Shown one piece after another: positions 29,792 through 32,000 of a stretch of 32,000 nucleotides of DNA (its first letter is position 1; every line of letters begins with the position of its first letter). The position numbers and the translations under genes are program-made. The notes under the pieces were generated by a model. It was given only the letters and a program-made list of their open reading frames with translations, made no database searches and was not told the origin of the DNA. The stretch spans positions 2,970,001 through 3,002,000 of the forward strand of contig NC_008340.1 in NCBI RefSeq assembly GCF_000014785.1. Direction: 5' to 3'. Source of the DNA: Alkalilimnicola ehrlichii MLHE-1 (GTDB lineage Bacteria > Pseudomonadota > Gammaproteobacteria > Nitrococcales > Halorhodospiraceae).

Positions 29792-31453
29792 TCAGCTTTC
29801 GTCCTCGCCGGCACCGGGGGCGTCACCGCCCTCGGCCAACGCCCGGCGCAGCACCTTGCCGCCGGGGGTGCGGGGCAACTCGTCCACCAGGGTGATGCGG
29901 CGCGGCGTCACCGCCGGCCCCAGGGCGCGGCGGGCGTAGACGAGCAATTCGCGGCGCAGCCGTTCCGGGTCCTCCGGCCGGGCGTTCGGCACCACCCAGG
30001 CCGCCACGACGGTATGGGTCAGGCGATGGGGCACCCCGGCCACGGCGCTTTCCGCCACCGCCGGGTGCCGGTTGAGCACCGCCTCCACCTCGGCCGGACC
30101 CACCATGTAGCCGCGCGTCTTGATCACGTCGTCGGAGCGGCCGAGGAACTGCAGCTCACCGTCCGGCAGCCGCTTCGCCAAGTCACCGGACAGGTACCAG
30201 CCGTCCAAGAAGGCCTGCCGGTACCGCTCGGTGTCGCCCAGATAGGCCAGAAACTGCGACGGCCAGCCGCTGCGCACGGCAATCTCCCCCACCTCCCCAC
30301 GCGGCACCCGGGTCACGCCATCGTCGCCATGGCGGACCAGAGCCACCTCGATACCGGGCACCGCCCGCCCCATGCGTCCCGGGGCCACCGGCTCATCCCC
30401 GTACTGGGCGATCATGATCACCCCGGTCTCCGACTGCCACCAGCCATTGCGCGCGGGGGTACCGAAGGTCGCCTGCGACCAATGGGTGAGCGGGGCGTCC
30501 AGCGGTTCACCGGTGCTGAACAACCGCTGCAGGGCGGAGAGATCCACCCCGTCGGCGATCTCGGTGCCGGCCCGACGGAGCAGTCGCAGGGCGGTCGGGG
30601 AGGTCACCCAGGACTGGATGCGCTCCTGCTCCAGCAACCCGTACCAGCGCTGCGCCTCGAAGGGGGGTTCGTCGATCAGGGTGGTGGCACCGCAGAGCAG
30701 CGGCACCAGCATGGCGTAGGAGACCCCGGTGACCCAGCCGAGGTCCGCCGTACACCAGTGGCGACTGCCCGGCGACAGCTCCAGCACCAGCCGCCCGGAG
30801 GCGACATGGGCGGCGGCGGCCCGGTGGGCGTGCAGCACGCATTTGGGCGGGCCCAGCGTGCCACTGGTGAAGTGCAGCAGGGCGGGGTACTCCGGCCCCG
30901 TGGAGACTGGTGGCACCGGCTCGGCCTGGCCAATGAACCAGTCCCAGCGCTCTGCGTCAGGGGCCTCGCCGTCGAGCAGGATCACATCCTGCAGCGCCGG
31001 GAGCTGGGCCCGGATGGGCCAAATGGTCTCCCGGTAGAGCTGTTCGGTCGTCACCAGCACCCGGGCCTCGCTCACTGTCAGCCGCTGGCGCACCGGCTGA
31101 GGGCCGTAGACGGGGAACAAGGGCGCAAAGACGGCGCCCTGGCGCAGGGCGCCAAGGCCGGCGATAAAAGGCTCGGGCCGCCTGGGTGCCAGGGTACAGA
31201 CCCGCTCACCCAGGCCCACACCCCGGGCCCGGAGGGCGCCGGCAAAGCGGGCCGAGGCCTCCAGCAGTTCCGCGTAGCTGGAGGCCCGGCGCTCGTTATC
31301 CAGCCCCCGCCAGACCAGCGCCTCGTGATCGCCACCGCCCGCCTCCACGTGCCGGTCCAAAGCCTCGTAGGCCATGTTCAGCCGACCGTCCGGCAGCCCC
31401 TTCAGCCAGTGTCGCCTGATCTCGGCCCAGGAGAATCCATCCTCAGTAGCCAC
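29792..31453 (-). CDS. AMP-forming acyl-CoA synthetase (acetyl-CoA synthetase-like)
   Basis: 553-aa ORF with adenylation motifs FTSGTLGPPKCVLH, GWWQSETG and PRTPGGKVLRR. Confidence 0.85.
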   Translation of the reverse strand: MATEDGFSWAEIRRHWLKGLPDGRLNMAYEALDRHVEAGGGDHEALVWRGLDNERRASSYAELLEASARFAGALRARGVGLGERVCTLAPRRPEPFIAGLGALRQGAVFAPLFPVYGPQPVRQRLTVSEARVLVTTEQLYRETIWPIRAQLPALQDVILLDGEAPDAERWDWFIGQAEPVPPVSTGPEYPALLHFTSGTLGPPKCVLHAHRAAAAHVASGRLVLELSPGSRHWCTADLGWVTGVSYAMLVPLLCGATTLIDEPPFEAQRWYGLLEQERIQSWVTSPTALRLLRRAGTEIADGVDLSALQRLFSTGEPLDAPLTHWSQATFGTPARNGWWQSETGVIMIAQYGDEPVAPGRMGRAVPGIEVALVRHGDDGVTRVPRGEVGEIAVRSGWPSQFLAYLGDTERYRQAFLDGWYLSGDLAKRLPDGELQFLGRSDDVIKTRGYMVGPAEVEAVLNRHPAVAESAVAGVPHRLTHTVVAAWVVPNARPEDPERLRRELLVYARRALGPAVTPRRITLVDELPRTPGGKVLRRALAEGGDAPGAGEDES

Positions 31454-31623
31454 CTGTGCGCACGCTCCTTACCATCCAGCGTCGATGCATCATCCAAGCC
31501 TACCAGCAAGCCGGCCAGGTCACAGCCGCCCCGTACCCGACGATGGCTCTCGCCACGGCCACTCCGGTAATATATACGGTACGGCGCACGTGTTGCGTCA
31601 CCGCCCCGGGCCCCGGAGCCGCC

Positions 31624-32000
31624 ATGATCGACACCCTGTTGCAGAACACCCTCGCCATCACGCTGGCCGCCGCCCCCTGGCTGCTGCTGGGGCTGCTGGT
31701 GGCCGGCGCGGTGCGCGCCCTGATACCGGAGGACCAACTCCAGACCTGGCTGGGCGGCAGCGGCATCGCCCCCATCACCCGGGCGGCGCTGGTGGGGGCC
31801 CCACTACCGCTGTGCTCCTGCGGCGCGATCCCGACGGCGGTGGCCCTGCACCGCGGCGGGGCCTCCCGCGGGGCCTCCACGGCCTTCCTGATCGGCACCC
31901 CCGGCGTGGGGGTGGACTCCGTGATCCTCACCTGGGCGCTGCTGGGCCCCTTTATGGCCGTGGTCCGCCCCCTCGGGGCGGTGAGCACCGCCATCGCCAC
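31624..32000 (+). CDS. Permease of the PLCSCG-motif family (DUF318/ArsP-like, SO_0444-type putative Cu/Zn efflux), 5' partial
   Basis: Not in the ORF track because it runs off the window. My translation is MIDTLLQNTLAITLAAAPWLLLGLLVAGAVRALIPE...GAPLPLCSCGAIPTAVALHRGGASRGASTAFLIGTPGVGVDSV. GGAG lies 6 nt upstream of the ATG. Confidence 0.7.
   Translation, partial: MIDTLLQNTLAITLAAAPWLLLGLLVAGAVRALIPEDQLQTWLGGSGIAPITRAALVGAPLPLCSCGAIPTAVALHRGGASRGASTAFLIGTPGVGVDSVILTWALLGPFMAVVRPLGAVSTAIA

Overview
This is a visibly very GC-rich chromosomal segment (G+C not computed). Its gene content and order fit a gammaproteobacterial core region. My guess at the source, by inference only, is a Chromatiales/Ectothiorhodospiraceae-like organism.

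Two tightly packed housekeeping arrays diverge from about 8.36-8.53 kb:
- Minus strand: def-fmt-rsmB-DUF4390-ntrY-ntrX-trkA, with several start/stop overlaps.
- Plus strand: LysM(TsaP-like)-dprA-smg-topA-tsaC, then a 660-bp spacer filled with repeats, then hemF and a truncated-globin-like gene.

Downstream come:
- fbp;
- a minus-strand envelope array (PIMT-like methyltransferase, tolC, lpxL, waaA);
- rpmB-rpmG with a recognisable sigma70 promoter and a bidirectional intrinsic terminator;
- a DUF411 (CopG-like) periplasmic protein;
- a lone hydantoinase/oxoprolinase-A-family gene;
- a four-gene ABC-2/GldG-like/DUF4340-like module;
- mutM;
- an AMP-forming acyl-CoA synthetase;
- the 5' part of a CSCG-motif permease.

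I found no rRNA or tRNA genes, CRISPR array, transposase, integrase, phage genes or recognisable defence genes. Composition looks uniform, so this reads as ordinary core genome rather than an island. I cannot point to a convincing new multi-gene system.

Three non-coding palindromic structures are not explained by the gene map:
- an array of an approximately 90-bp imperfect palindromic unit at 14.29-14.69 kb;
- a 37-bp inverted repeat with a nested perfect hairpin at 14.75-14.88 kb;
- a 218-bp MITE-like element with perfect 45-bp arms between lpxL and waaA.

Secondary candidates are conserved but functionally unexplained gene couplings: rsmB-DUF4390-ntrYX, hemF-globin, PIMT-like-tolC, and the ABC-2/GldG-like module. 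The many long ORFs antisense to real genes are high-GC shadow ORFs.
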